From positions 73,323 to 137,322 of the forward strand of contig DATIID010000001.1 of NCBI GenBank assembly GCA_035480035.1: a stretch of DNA of 64,000 nt. The letters run 5' to 3'. Below are positions 10,366 to 20,381 of this stretch, piece by piece. The DNA is from Candidatus Saccharimonadales bacterium (GTDB taxonomy: Bacteria; Patescibacteriota; Saccharimonadia; Saccharimonadales; OMJO01). The notes beneath the pieces are model-generated. The model saw nothing but the letters and a program-made list of their open reading frames with translations. It did not search any database and was not told the origin of the DNA. Every line of letters starts with the position of its first letter. Positions within the stretch are counted from its first letter, which is position 1. Both the position numbers and the translations under genes were made by a program.

Positions 10366-10662
10366 ATGACTGCTGAAAATGAGTCCAAGCCGAATCTATG
10401 GCAACAAATACCCACGTCTACCAAAATAGGTTTTGTTGAAATTTTAACCGGTGTAGCTGGTGAAATGGCGGCTGTAGTTAAGTATGCCCATGAAGCAATC
10501 TATGTAAATTTAGCTAATACTGTCGGTCTAAATCATGAAATTAGCCTGGGTATGTCTAGTGGCACGCGTAATCTAGCTATCGGTAGTGCAGCAGTTCTGG
10601 CGGCTGGAACGGTGCCTTTCTTTAAAGGTATTAGGGAAGGGCTTGATCAACAAAGTCAATAA
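10366..10662 (+). CDS. Hypothetical small protein (98 aa)
   Basis: ORF only. TGgTATTAT -10 at 10349-10357 lies 8 nt before the ATG. No recognisable motif. Confidence 0.45.
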   Translation: MTAENESKPNLWQQIPTSTKIGFVEILTGVAGEMAAVVKYAHEAIYVNLANTVGLNHEISLGMSSGTRNLAIGSAAVLAAGTVPFFKGIREGLDQQSQ

Positions 10663-10735
10663 GCGCCTTGCCAAGTTTAAGGTGATAGGGTAGCATTAGA
10701 GCAATAAAGCTGGGTGAGATTTAGGGAGAGGAGCG

Positions 10736-12337
10736 GTGTTAAAAAAACCGACTAAATTTATTTTTGTAACAGGTGGTGTGCTTTCCGGACTCGGCAAGGG
10801 TATCACCGCCGCCTCCATCGGTAATCTCCTCAAAGCTCGAAAACTAAAAGTCAACATTCAAAAATGTGATCCATATCTCAATGTTGACGCTGGTTTGTTG
10901 AATCCACGCGAGCATGGCGAGTGTTTTGTTACTAAAGACGGCGCTGAGACTGATCTTGACCTTGGTCATTATGAACGATTTCTGGACGAAGAACTGACTG
11001 GCGTTAGTAGTTTGATGAGCGGGCGGGTGCTACTAAAAGTTATTCAAGATGAACGAGCTGGTAAATACGATGGTGACGATGTACAAATTATTCCACACCT
11101 GACCAAGGCCATTCAGGATTATATAATTGAAGCCGGAAGGGGCTATGACGTTCACATTGTCGAAATTGGCGGCACGGTCGGCGACTACGAGAGCTTAAGT
11201 TTTATTGAAGCGATTCGAGAAATGGCTCTACGGGTTGGTCGCGAGAACTGTCTTTATGTTCACGTCGTTTATTTGCCATATCTAGGCGCTAGTCAAGAAA
11301 TCAAAACTAAGCCAGCTCAAAACTCCGTCCGAGAACTGCGTGGACTCGGTATTAGCCCAGATATTTTAGTGGCTCGTAGCGAAAAACCAGCCAATGGTGG
11401 CGTTAAACGTAAGTTAAGTTTGTTTTCGGGTGTTGCTGAAGAATCAATTGCACTTTTGCCGAATGCTAAAAGCATCTACCAAGTACCTTTGACCCTTGAG
11501 GATACCGGTATTGCTGACGTTATTTGCAAGCGTCTCGCGGTCAAAGCCAAAAAGCCTGATCTCAAAGATTGGCGTCAGGTAGTTAAACGTGCCGAAACCA
11601 AACATAAAAAACTAGTAACAGTTGGCGTAGTCGCTAAATATATGGATAACACCGATACTTATTTGTGCGTATTTGAAGCTTTGAAGGCGGCGGCATGGTG
11701 GAACGATGTAAAACTAAAAATTCGTTGGATTGAAGCTGAGAGTTTAGCTAAAAAACGCAACCTTGATGGCGTCTTTGCTGGTATCGATGGCATTGTTGTA
11801 CCTGGTGGTTTTGGCACACGTGGCCTAGAGGGCAAAATTAAAGCCGCCCAGTATTCGCTCAAGACTGGTTTACCATATCTAGGTTTATGTTTAGGCCTGC
11901 AAATGGGGGTGATTGCAGCAGCTCGCAACGCTGGCGTTAATGATGCTACCTCGGAGGAGCTTAATGCTAAAAGTAAAGATATAGTAATTAGCACAATGGC
12001 CGGACAACGTGGTAAAGAAAACACTGGCGGTACCATGCGGCTGGGCGACTACCCGTGCGTTATCGAAAAGGGTAGTTTGGCTGAAAAAGTTTATGGTTCA
12101 ACTAAAATTATCGAACGTCACCGTCATCGTTATGAATGCAGTAACGAATACCGTGATCAATATGAAAAATGGGGCATTAAAGCCGTCGGTACTAGCCCAG
12201 ACAACTTCTTGGTTGAGATGATTGAAGCTGTCAATCACCCATTTTTCCTAGCAAGCCAATTCCATCCAGAATTTAAATCTAGGCCAAATCGGGCTCACCC
12301 AATGTTCGACGGTTTTATTAAATCATTTATAAAATAA
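10736..12337 (+). CDS. pyrG: CTP synthase
   Basis: N-terminal KFIFVTGGVLSGLGKGI, GATase triad region GLCLGLQ and HRHRYE. GTG start after a GGAGAGGAG SD. Confidence 0.97.
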   Translation: MLKKPTKFIFVTGGVLSGLGKGITAASIGNLLKARKLKVNIQKCDPYLNVDAGLLNPREHGECFVTKDGAETDLDLGHYERFLDEELTGVSSLMSGRVLLKVIQDERAGKYDGDDVQIIPHLTKAIQDYIIEAGRGYDVHIVEIGGTVGDYESLSFIEAIREMALRVGRENCLYVHVVYLPYLGASQEIKTKPAQNSVRELRGLGISPDILVARSEKPANGGVKRKLSLFSGVAEESIALLPNAKSIYQVPLTLEDTGIADVICKRLAVKAKKPDLKDWRQVVKRAETKHKKLVTVGVVAKYMDNTDTYLCVFEALKAAAWWNDVKLKIRWIEAESLAKKRNLDGVFAGIDGIVVPGGFGTRGLEGKIKAAQYSLKTGLPYLGLCLGLQMGVIAAARNAGVNDATSEELNAKSKDIVISTMAGQRGKENTGGTMRLGDYPCVIEKGSLAEKVYGSTKIIERHRHRYECSNEYRDQYEKWGIKAVGTSPDNFLVEMIEAVNHPFFLASQFHPEFKSRPNRAHPMFDGFIKSFIK

Positions 12338-12381
12338 TGCCCTGATTGCGGGCTACTTATGATTGTGCTAACATCAGCAGT

Positions 12382-12888
12382 ATGGATGAACCAACAACCG
12401 AACCGAATGACTTAGCTATACCAAATATCGGTGCCCACCCGCAACCTGTTGCGCCAGCTCCAACGACAGCACCAGATGTTACTCAGCCAGCTAAAACTGA
12501 TGCCCCAGCTGATGGTTCGAAAAAGAAAATTCTATTAGTCGAAGACGACGAAGCGCTAGCTTCAGTTTATACAACTCGTCTAACGGCTGAAGGTTTTGAA
12601 ATTAAAAACGTACTCAACGGCGAAGAAGCTTTATCCGGTGCAATTAATTTCAAGCCAGATCTAATTTTGCTTGATGTAATGATGCCACGGGTGAGTGGGT
12701 TTGATGTTCTGGATATTATTCGCAACACTCCCGAAACTGCTAATATGAAGGTCTTAATGCTAACGGCGTTAAGCCAAGATGCTGATAAACAACGGGCTGA
12801 AAGTCTGGGCGTCAATGATTACATTGTTAAATCACAAGTTGTTATTGCTGACGTTGTCGAACGTATCAAAAAACAATTAGGGATGTAA
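12382..12888 (+). CDS. Stand-alone response-regulator receiver with Pro/Ala/Thr-rich N-terminal tail
   Basis: REC residues intact (VEDDE, LLDVMMP, MLTAL, IVKS). The tracked ORF starts at TTG 12346. I prefer ATG 12382, preceded by TTGCGG-17-TAACAT (12346-12374) plus 7 nt. Confidence 0.85.
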   Translation: MDEPTTEPNDLAIPNIGAHPQPVAPAPTTAPDVTQPAKTDAPADGSKKKILLVEDDEALASVYTTRLTAEGFEIKNVLNGEEALSGAINFKPDLILLDVMMPRVSGFDVLDIIRNTPETANMKVLMLTALSQDADKQRAESLGVNDYIVKSQVVIADVVERIKKQLGM

Positions 12889-12889
12889 C

Positions 12890-13162
12890 TTACTCGACGC
12901 TAACTTCTGTGCGCCTAACTGATTTACCGCTAAACAAACGGATTTTTCGAGAGGTGAATTTAACTTGGCCATCTTTAGCGGCATGGATAGTAAAATTGCG
13001 ACTTATAAATGTGCCTTTGCCGGCTCGCTTGGTTTGGCCGACTTGGCGGACAATAACTTGGCCAGTCTTTACGTTTTGGCCACCAAATAACTTAACACCC
13101 AGTCGTTGACCGGGACTATCGTGATTGTTCTTGCTGGTTCCACCAGCTTTGACGTGACTCAT
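12890..13162 (-). CDS. rpmA: 50S ribosomal protein L27
   Basis: MSHVKAGGTSKNNHDSPGQRLGVK... is a canonical L27 N-terminus. 90 aa. Confidence 0.95.
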   Translation of the reverse strand: MSHVKAGGTSKNNHDSPGQRLGVKLFGGQNVKTGQVIVRQVGQTKRAGKGTFISRNFTIHAAKDGQVKFTSRKIRLFSGKSVRRTEVSVE

Positions 13163-13163
13163 G

Positions 13164-14405
13164 TTATTTCCTGATTAAGACGACCAGTTCGCGGCCAACA
13201 AATTGGCCGGGTCGATAATAAATTAACTGCTCATGGCGGGCATGCGCAAAACTCAAACGATTGTACCCCATATCTGTTAATCGGTCAAGTAGCGGCAAAT
13301 GTTTAAAGGTTTGGCTGCTTTGCCACGCTGGTACAGCCAAACATATCCGAAAACCAGCTTTGGTTTGACTTCTTAGGTTTAGTAAAAACTTTTTTAAAAT
13401 AAGATCAACTTCACCTACAGTCTGATTTAAGATAGTTGGGTTTGGCGTCGAAGTAAAAGGGCGGCCTAAATATGTTTCGCTGGCTACTATCGTAAAGTCG
13501 TGTTGCCACTGGGCTTGGCTAGCGTCACCTTGTTCCAGAAAGTAATTTGTGGGCGCCAACCGAAACTTCTCAACCAGCCAGTCCAAATTTTGTTTAGAAT
13601 AGTTAACCATGCGTTCATCAATGTCCGAGCCGTAGGTGTTATAGCCCATCAGTTGAGCTTCCTGCAAAATCACGCCGGTGCCACAAAACGGATCCAGAAT
13701 TACTTTGTCTACAAAGTGGGGTGCTGGGATTGGTACATCGGGTGGGATATCGCAGACCGACTGTTTAGCTTCGTCTGGCAACTCGCCGACCGCTAAATTG
13801 ATGATGATTTGGGCTAGTTTGGGCGGTAGCATACCGACTCGGGCATCGCGCTTTGGCCGGCCGCGATCGCGCAGTGTATATGAATTAATATCTTGAACTT
13901 TAATCGATTGGGCAACTAGAGTTTGGTTGCCATTTTTGATAAAAATTAATTCCCAGCCAAGTGGACCGGTCAGCTGGTTATGTAAAACTTGGGCACTCGA
14001 CAAAGCTGGTTCAGTATTAGGTACCAGGCGCACTGAACGACCAGATCGAGCGATGGCTTTCTTTATTGTTAGACCGCTGGCCATTAGTTTTTTGGGTGAT
14101 AATTTAAAGTCGTAAACACTCAAACCAAGTCGCATTTTACCGACTGGCAATTTAGCAGCATGGCCAGGCGAAACTTCTATTAGGAATTTCTCAATATCTG
14201 ACCAATTAGTAGTTTCCAACTCGGTTAAGACTTTGCAAAATTTAAGGCTACCACCTAAGCGGTCAAAAGCTAGCAGGCAGGGATCAACGTCAACTAGCAC
14301 CGCTTGAGTGCCAAGCGGTTTAATTTTGCTAGAGCCGTACAGACTTTCCAATTCGGCCAAGCCAATGGCCGGCTGGCGCCCCAAAATGCACAATGATCGC
14401 ATCAT
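13164..14405 (-). CDS. Putative SAM-dependent RNA methyltransferase (UPF0020/THUMP-associated type)
   Basis: Class I MTase motif I DPFCGTGVILQEA. Directly upstream of rpmA. TATACT (14413-14418, - strand) lies 7 nt before the ATG. Confidence 0.6.
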   Translation of the reverse strand: MMRSLCILGRQPAIGLAELESLYGSSKIKPLGTQAVLVDVDPCLLAFDRLGGSLKFCKVLTELETTNWSDIEKFLIEVSPGHAAKLPVGKMRLGLSVYDFKLSPKKLMASGLTIKKAIARSGRSVRLVPNTEPALSSAQVLHNQLTGPLGWELIFIKNGNQTLVAQSIKVQDINSYTLRDRGRPKRDARVGMLPPKLAQIIINLAVGELPDEAKQSVCDIPPDVPIPAPHFVDKVILDPFCGTGVILQEAQLMGYNTYGSDIDERMVNYSKQNLDWLVEKFRLAPTNYFLEQGDASQAQWQHDFTIVASETYLGRPFTSTPNPTILNQTVGEVDLILKKFLLNLRSQTKAGFRICLAVPAWQSSQTFKHLPLLDRLTDMGYNRLSFAHARHEQLIYYRPGQFVGRELVVLIRK

Positions 14406-14454
14406 CGTAGCTAGTATACCGTGACTAGCTAATTTTCAGGTATAATTAACGTTA

Positions 14455-15498
14455 ATGTCCGAGAAACGAAAAGCTGCCTGGAAGCTAATCTTAAATATGG
14501 TCACTATCGTGGCTTTGATAGTTTTGGTTTACGCGGTTCGCAGTCAAATCCACGATACGATCGACAACTTAGCTAAGGTTAACGCTTGGGCCTTGCCGTT
14601 TATGTTGGTTTGGCAAGCACTCAATTACCATAGCTACGCCAAAATGTACCAGCAGTACTTTCGAATTTTGGGCGAGCGTTTGCGTTATCGCTCGCTACTT
14701 CGAGTAACTTTAGAGTTAAATTTTGTAAATAATGTTTTCCCCAGCGGCGGCGTATCTAGCTTTTCATACTTTAGTTTGCGAATGAAAGATGCAGATGTGC
14801 CGGGGCATAAATCAGCGCTAGTCCAACTTGCCAAATTTATTACTGTGTTTATTTCGTTTCAAATTTTGTTAATCTTTGGTCTGCTGTGTCTGGCGATTGC
14901 CGGACACGCCAATGGTTTAACCTTGTTAGTGTCGGGCTCTTTGGTAACATTGTTAGCCGTTCTGACACTAGGGTTGGGTTTTGTAATTGGCAGTAAGAAA
15001 CGAATTAATGATTTCTTTACATTTGTTACTAGATTAATTAATCGTTTAATTCATGTTTTTCGTCGCGCTTATCCGGAGACCATCAATATTGCTAAAGCCC
15101 GCGAACAGTTCAATCAACTTCATGAAAATTACATGGTCCTAAAATCTGACTGGCGGCAATTCAAGGGCCCCTTGTTTTGGGGTTTTTTGGCTAATTTAAC
15201 TGAGTTACTAACAATTTATACGGTTTATGTAGCGTTTGGAAAATGGGTTAATCCCGGCGCTGTAATTTTAGCTTATGCGGTGGCTAATTTCGCTGGTTTA
15301 ATCTCCATATTGCCAAGTGGCGTGGGCATTTATGAGGCTTTAATGACAGCCGTATTAGCGGCATCGGGAATCTCACCTGGTGTCAGTCTGCCAGTAACAA
15401 TTATGTACCGAGTGTTAAATATGTTAATTCAATTGCCGCCTGGTTATTATTTCTACCATCAAGTCCTTCATCCAAAACCGACCGTCGTTCAAGAGTGA
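14455..15498 (+). CDS. Polytopic membrane protein, UPF0104 / lysyl-PG-synthase-TM-like (flippase-like)
   Basis: ~8 predicted TM helices. C-terminal LPSGVGIYEALMTAVLAASG resembles UPF0104. TATAAT 14441-14446 lies 8 nt before the ATG. Confidence 0.6.
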   Translation: MSEKRKAAWKLILNMVTIVALIVLVYAVRSQIHDTIDNLAKVNAWALPFMLVWQALNYHSYAKMYQQYFRILGERLRYRSLLRVTLELNFVNNVFPSGGVSSFSYFSLRMKDADVPGHKSALVQLAKFITVFISFQILLIFGLLCLAIAGHANGLTLLVSGSLVTLLAVLTLGLGFVIGSKKRINDFFTFVTRLINRLIHVFRRAYPETINIAKAREQFNQLHENYMVLKSDWRQFKGPLFWGFLANLTELLTIYTVYVAFGKWVNPGAVILAYAVANFAGLISILPSGVGIYEALMTAVLAASGISPGVSLPVTIMYRVLNMLIQLPPGYYFYHQVLHPKPTVVQE

Positions 15499-15512
15499 TA
15501 TGATGGTGAGTA

Positions 15513-16631
15513 ATGACAGAGACGATTTGGTCAGTTTCAGATTTTGTAGCGGTCTTTAATCAGACGCTAGAATATGCTTATCCAAGTATTACAATTGTTG
15601 GTGAACTTAGTAACTTTCGGATAAGCCGCGACCGCTGGGTTTACTTTGATTTAAAAGATGAGTTATCATCAGTAAAATTTTTTGGCTCTGTTCAACAGCT
15701 CAGTGGCCCGCTTGAAGACGGCTTAATGCTGCAGGTTAGGGGAACGCCGCGACTACACTCCCTATACGGCTTTAGCATTAACATTCAATATATGAGTCCG
15801 GTCGGCGCCGGCTCGCTTAAAAAGGCAGCTTCATTGCTCGAGGCCCAATTAACCAAGGAAGGTCTGTTTGAGGATAGTCGCAAACGGTCACTGCCGCATC
15901 CACCGGCAACGCTAGGCTTAATTGCATCCATTGAATCAGCGGCTTACCATGACTTCATAAAAATTATGAATCAACGCTGGGTGGGGGTTGATGTTAGGGT
16001 TATTGACGTGCAAGTCCAAGGCGAACCCGCACCGGCCCAGCTAGTTAATGCTATTGAATATTTTAATAGCCATTTAAGCCCGGTTGACGCGCTGGTTATC
16101 ACGCGTGGTGGGGGCAGTGTCGACGATCTGGCGGCTTTTAATGTTGAATCGGTGGTTCGTGCCGTGGCCGCCAGCCGAATTCCAACTTTGGTAGCGATTG
16201 GCCATGAAGTTAATGTCAGTTTAGCTGAATTAGCGGCTGATCAGCGGGCCAGCACACCGTCCAACGCCGCTGAGCTATTATTTCCCGATAAACACGAGGT
16301 CTTGAGCAGACTGGATTCGATTAAGCTACAATTAACAAATCTAATCAACGTAAATCTTTCAATCACTGCTAATCAATTATTAAACTTCGAACAGGATTTA
16401 TTGACTGAGTGGCGACAGCAACGAAAGATAGCCACCACGCAATTAGCCCTCCGGCAGCAAATTATTGAAGCTTTGAACCCCGCCTTAGCCCTAAAACGTG
16501 GTTATGCCATCGTTCGTGGCGCTAACCAACAAATTATTAAATCAGTTCGGTCGTTATCGAAAAATGATAAGGTCCAAATTGACTGGTCCGACGGCTCGGC
16601 CAATGCGCAAGTCGATAGCATTAGAAAATGA
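15513..16631 (+). CDS. xseA: Exodeoxyribonuclease VII large subunit
   Basis: N-terminal OB fold (VVGELSNFRISRDRWVYFDLKD), catalytic core (ITRGGGSVDDLAAFN) and synteny with xseB. Confidence 0.9.
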   Translation: MTETIWSVSDFVAVFNQTLEYAYPSITIVGELSNFRISRDRWVYFDLKDELSSVKFFGSVQQLSGPLEDGLMLQVRGTPRLHSLYGFSINIQYMSPVGAGSLKKAASLLEAQLTKEGLFEDSRKRSLPHPPATLGLIASIESAAYHDFIKIMNQRWVGVDVRVIDVQVQGEPAPAQLVNAIEYFNSHLSPVDALVITRGGGSVDDLAAFNVESVVRAVAASRIPTLVAIGHEVNVSLAELAADQRASTPSNAAELLFPDKHEVLSRLDSIKLQLTNLINVNLSITANQLLNFEQDLLTEWRQQRKIATTQLALRQQIIEALNPALALKRGYAIVRGANQQIIKSVRSLSKNDKVQIDWSDGSANAQVDSIRK

Positions 16632-16662
16632 TTCATTTTATAATGTAATTATTGGAGATTAA

Positions 16663-16854
16663 ATGGCAGACTACCGTAAATTGAGTACTGAACTAGATGA
16701 GGTAATCAACAAATTGCAGAATGATGATTTGGATATTGATCAAGCGGCCGAAGTTTATGAAAAAGGTATGAATCTGATTCAACAAATGGAGAAACACCTC
16801 AAAACCGTTGAAAATAAAGTTACCAAAATCAAAACCAAACTCGAAAAATCGTGA
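16663..16854 (+). CDS. xseB: Exodeoxyribonuclease VII small subunit
   Basis: 63-aa helical protein directly after xseA, with GGAG SD. Confidence 0.85.
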   Translation: MADYRKLSTELDEVINKLQNDDLDIDQAAEVYEKGMNLIQQMEKHLKTVENKVTKIKTKLEKS

Positions 16855-17357
16855 CCATGCATATCTTTTGGCTAGTATTATGGATCGTTTGTTTAACAAT
16901 CTTTTTGCTGTTCACTTTTGTGATTGCATTTGGTGCGCCGTTTCTGCCAATTCTAAGACATCAAGTTAAACCGGCACTTGATATGATCGATCTCAAACCG
17001 GGCCAAACTTTACTTGAGCTGGGGAGTGGTGACGGGCGAATTTTGATCGCTGCAGCCCAGCGTGGTTTCAGCGCTATTGGCTACGAGCTTAACCCATTAC
17101 TGGTAATTTACTCTTGGTTAATCACTAGGCGCTATCGTAAGCAAGTTAAGGTTATCTGGGGCAACTACTGGCAGAAAGACTGGCCTAGAGCTGATGGTAT
17201 TTTCGTCTTTTTATTACAACCTTATATGGAGAAGTTGGATAAAAAAATTATGCAATATAAGCATAGGCCTGTAAAGCTGGTGAGCTTCGCATTTACCATA
17301 AATAGCCGTAAACCAAGCAAGAAAATCAAGGGTTTATACCTGTACACCTATAAATAA
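16851..17357 (+). CDS. Membrane-anchored class I SAM-dependent methyltransferase
   Basis: N-terminal TM, then motif I LLELGSGDGRILIAAA. Overlaps the xseB stop by 4 nt. Confidence 0.6.
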   Translation: MTMHIFWLVLWIVCLTIFLLFTFVIAFGAPFLPILRHQVKPALDMIDLKPGQTLLELGSGDGRILIAAAQRGFSAIGYELNPLLVIYSWLITRRYRKQVKVIWGNYWQKDWPRADGIFVFLLQPYMEKLDKKIMQYKHRPVKLVSFAFTINSRKPSKKIKGLYLYTYK

Positions 17358-17375
17358 TGTGTTAACATTAACATT

Positions 17376-18050
17376 ATGCAGACCAGTGATAACACCGTAG
17401 ACCCCGGCAATAGTGCTGGCAATGTGATTGTTTCATTGATACTAGTAGTTTTGCTGGTGGCGTCGTTAGGTTTTGGTTTTTGGGCTTATGCCAGCATGTC
17501 AGATTACAAGAATAACGTTGATAAAAAAATTGCCGACGCTAGCGCAATAGTCAAACAGCAAACTGCATCGGAAAAAGATAAGGAATACTTAGAAAAAGAC
17601 AAAAGCCCGTTCAAGCAATACACCAGTCCTGATTCGCTCGGCAGTGTTAAGTTTCAGTATCCCAAGACCTGGAGCGCATACATTGTTGAAGCCAATAGCA
17701 ACGATGACACACCAATCAACGGTTATTTTGAGCCAGATTTTGTACCCGATATCACCGGCAATTCCACCTATTCATTACGCTTTAAAGTTGTAAATCAGAG
17801 TTTTAATAATGTACTGACTGACTATAGTGATAAGGTTAGTGGTGGAACGGTTAAGTCCATACCTTATCGGGCTCCAAAAGTCTCAAGTATACTTGGTACT
17901 CGCTTGGACGGACCGGTTAATGATGGTCAAAAAGACAGCATGGTGATTATACCTATTCGTGATAAAACATTAGAAATTTGGACAGAGTCGGATCAATATC
18001 TTGCTGATTTTAACAACACAGTTTTACCTAGTTTGACCTTCTCACCATAA
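17376..18050 (+). CDS. Hypothetical membrane-anchored extracytoplasmic protein
   Basis: Single N-terminal TM (VIVSLILVVLLVASLGFGFWAY). TGtTAACAT 17360-17368 lies 7 nt before the ATG. Confidence 0.55.
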   Translation: MQTSDNTVDPGNSAGNVIVSLILVVLLVASLGFGFWAYASMSDYKNNVDKKIADASAIVKQQTASEKDKEYLEKDKSPFKQYTSPDSLGSVKFQYPKTWSAYIVEANSNDDTPINGYFEPDFVPDITGNSTYSLRFKVVNQSFNNVLTDYSDKVSGGTVKSIPYRAPKVSSILGTRLDGPVNDGQKDSMVIIPIRDKTLEIWTESDQYLADFNNTVLPSLTFSP

Positions 18051-18104
18051 ACTGCTCGGTGCTATACTAAAGATTAAGTAAAGAGAGGGTAGAGTCTAAC
18101 TTCT

Positions 18105-18788
18105 ATGACTATTTCTGGCTTTGAGCCGAAACAGCGTTTGTTGTTGGTGTTGGCCGAACAGTTGAAAATGCCGCTGTTACAAATTGCCCGTAGTGCTGAG
18201 CTAGAGCAATTTGGCGAGGTGGCGACAACAGCCGATGTCGCACTCAAGTTAATCGACAGTTATATCTTAAGCATCATGCCTCACCAAACCGAATTGGCGC
18301 TTGAGCCAGTGTCGGCGGCGGCCGTTTTACAAGATGTCGCCCACGAGCTAAGTAAATTTGCTAATCAATATGATTGCAAATTAAAATTGGACATCAGTGG
18401 CAAATATCAGCCCGTTATGGCCAATCGGCAAAACTTAATGTCAGCTTATACCATGCTCGGTTATTCGTTTATTGAAGCCCAGTCGGTTGATGATCAAACA
18501 CCGACGATAGTGTTGGCAGCACATAAGAGTGGTCAAGGTTTGGTGGCCGGAGTATTTTCTGAGCAAGCTGATTTAAGTGGCGATATGTATCGGCGAGCCA
18601 AAGCCCTCTATGGCACCACACGTCAACCATTGACTAGCTTGAGTTCGGTAGCCGGCGCCGGTGTATTTATCGCTGATTCGCTTATGCAAGCTATGGCTAC
18701 ACCGTTACACCCATCACACCACCATAAATTAAGCGGTTTGGCGGCTACATTGCTGCCCAGCCAACAATTACAGTTTTATGTCAGCTAA
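18105..18788 (+). CDS. Degenerate histidine-kinase-like protein (DHp + CA-like; phospho-His replaced by Glu)
   Basis: H-box-like LAEQLKMPLLQI aligns to sHELRTPLtsI with H->E. N-box Asn and G1 DxGxG are absent, and the G2 remnant is GAGVFIA. Soluble, 227 aa. Confidence 0.6.
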   Translation: MTISGFEPKQRLLLVLAEQLKMPLLQIARSAELEQFGEVATTADVALKLIDSYILSIMPHQTELALEPVSAAAVLQDVAHELSKFANQYDCKLKLDISGKYQPVMANRQNLMSAYTMLGYSFIEAQSVDDQTPTIVLAAHKSGQGLVAGVFSEQADLSGDMYRRAKALYGTTRQPLTSLSSVAGAGVFIADSLMQAMATPLHPSHHHKLSGLAATLLPSQQLQFYVS

Positions 18789-19170
18789 AATTTTAATTAT
18801 CGAGCCCGATCGTCGCTTGGGCAAAATTTATCATAGCTCACTTAGTAATCTTGGTTATCAAGTCAACCATCGATTAAGTGCTGAAGCTGCTTTAAAAATA
18901 ATGGACTTGGAAATACCAGATTTAATTATTATCGAGCCGCAATTAGTTAAACACGGCGGTTTCGAGTTTTTATATGAACTAAGATCTTACCAAGATTGGC
19001 AAGCCATGCCAGTTATAATTAACAGCTTTATCCCGGTTGAAGTTTTGAAATATATGCACGCTGCTCTTGATCAACTTGGTGTTGTACGGCAACTATACAA
19101 ACCAGACACCACCCTTAAGCAGTTAACTGAAGTCTGCCAAACTGTGTTGCAACCTAACCCTTCAACTTAA
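18778..19170 (+). CDS. Pseudo-receiver domain protein (phospho-Asp replaced by Glu)
   Basis: REC fold with IIEPD in place of the DD pair and IIIEPQL in place of the D57 site. The Ser (T87 position) and Lys (LYKPD) are retained. Overlaps the upstream gene by 11 nt. Confidence 0.65.
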   Translation: MSAKILIIEPDRRLGKIYHSSLSNLGYQVNHRLSAEAALKIMDLEIPDLIIIEPQLVKHGGFEFLYELRSYQDWQAMPVIINSFIPVEVLKYMHAALDQLGVVRQLYKPDTTLKQLTEVCQTVLQPNPST

Positions 19171-19862
19171 TGAAATCACTGGTCGATCAAGGTATTGTGC
19201 TAAGCCGGACTAATTTTCAGGAAGCCGATCGGATCTTAACAGTTATAACCGCCAATCACGGCAAAATTCGTTTGATGGCTAAAGGAGTTCGTAAAGTCAA
19301 ATCTAAATTGGCTGGCGGCATTGAATTATTCAGTATCAACGACCTAACTTTTATTGAGGGTAGGGGCGAAATTGATACCCTGATTTCATCACGACTCAAA
19401 CAAAATTTCGGTCATATTATTAGTGATATCAACCGGACGATGTTTGGCTATGAATTACTTAAGCGACTTAACCGTGCGACCGAAGATAATGCCGACATTG
19501 AATATTTTGAATTATTAGCCAAAGCCTTGAATGGTTTAAATGATTTGTTGCTTGAACAGGAACGAATTGAGCTGTGGTTTAATTGTCAGTTGTTAAAATT
19601 AGCTGGCCACTCACCAAATCTTAAAAATGATACAAATAATCAACCGCTTAAATCTAATCAGACTTACCAGTTTGATATCGAAGACATGACATTTACAACT
19701 AATCCAGACGGACGTTATAACGCTAACCAAATAAAACTTTTACGTTTAGCTATTTTAAGTGAAAAACCCGAACGTCTGGGTCAAATCAAAAAAATTGGTT
19801 ATAACCTGACAGACTGCCTACAATTATCCAAACTGATGGTCGGGCAGTTTATTCGAAGCTAA
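19170..19862 (+). CDS. recO: DNA repair protein RecO
   Basis: N-terminal OB fold GIVLSRTNFQEADRILTVITANHGKIRLMAKGVRK and ~230 aa size. Starts 1 nt inside the upstream stop. Confidence 0.85.
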   Translation: MKSLVDQGIVLSRTNFQEADRILTVITANHGKIRLMAKGVRKVKSKLAGGIELFSINDLTFIEGRGEIDTLISSRLKQNFGHIISDINRTMFGYELLKRLNRATEDNADIEYFELLAKALNGLNDLLLEQERIELWFNCQLLKLAGHSPNLKNDTNNQPLKSNQTYQFDIEDMTFTTNPDGRYNANQIKLLRLAILSEKPERLGQIKKIGYNLTDCLQLSKLMVGQFIRS

Positions 19863-19885
19863 AAATTAAATATAATAATAACGTT

Positions 19886-20305
19886 ATGAATTTAGTAGGT
19901 GAAACGGAGTTTGCGCTAGTTGATCCAGAACAGGATGCTAGTGTTGATTGGTCAGCTTTGAATTTGGTAATTGCTGACATGAAAAACCATGGTTATCCTT
20001 CGCCGGTGGAACTTGAAGACAGCTATGGTCAGATAAAATCACCAGTTGGTCCAGATGAACTAACTAACCTGGCCGGTTTCTTGATAACCCATAGCGAGGT
20101 GATTGCATATGAATCAGAGTTAAAAGAGCGACAAGAGTCTAAACATGATCATACTTTTACAGGAGCCCGTAACACCATAACCTTTTTACGTTCGGCAATT
20201 GGGGTTTTTCGAGAAAGTGTTAGGAATCGCCGTGAACTGAAAGTCGAAGAAAGACTAGTTAACGATATCAAAATTCGACCTGAAACCACTGATATTTTTG
20301 ACTAA
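19886..20305 (+). CDS. Hypothetical protein (139 aa)
   Basis: ORF only. TATAAT 19871-19876 lies 9 nt before the ATG. Confidence 0.5.
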   Translation: MNLVGETEFALVDPEQDASVDWSALNLVIADMKNHGYPSPVELEDSYGQIKSPVGPDELTNLAGFLITHSEVIAYESELKERQESKHDHTFTGARNTITFLRSAIGVFRESVRNRRELKVEERLVNDIKIRPETTDIFD

Positions 20306-20381
20306 CTTAGTTTAATCAGCCACCTGATTATTTTGTTATTTGCGAGCAAAATGGTATAATATATGTGGTTCGGGATAAATT

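Noticed and set aside
11659-12036. 125-aa antisense ORF within pyrG, and similar antisense ORFs in secA, ctp, ftsI, der and others
   Set aside because: They are fully embedded antisense in strongly supported conserved genes, with no independent signals.
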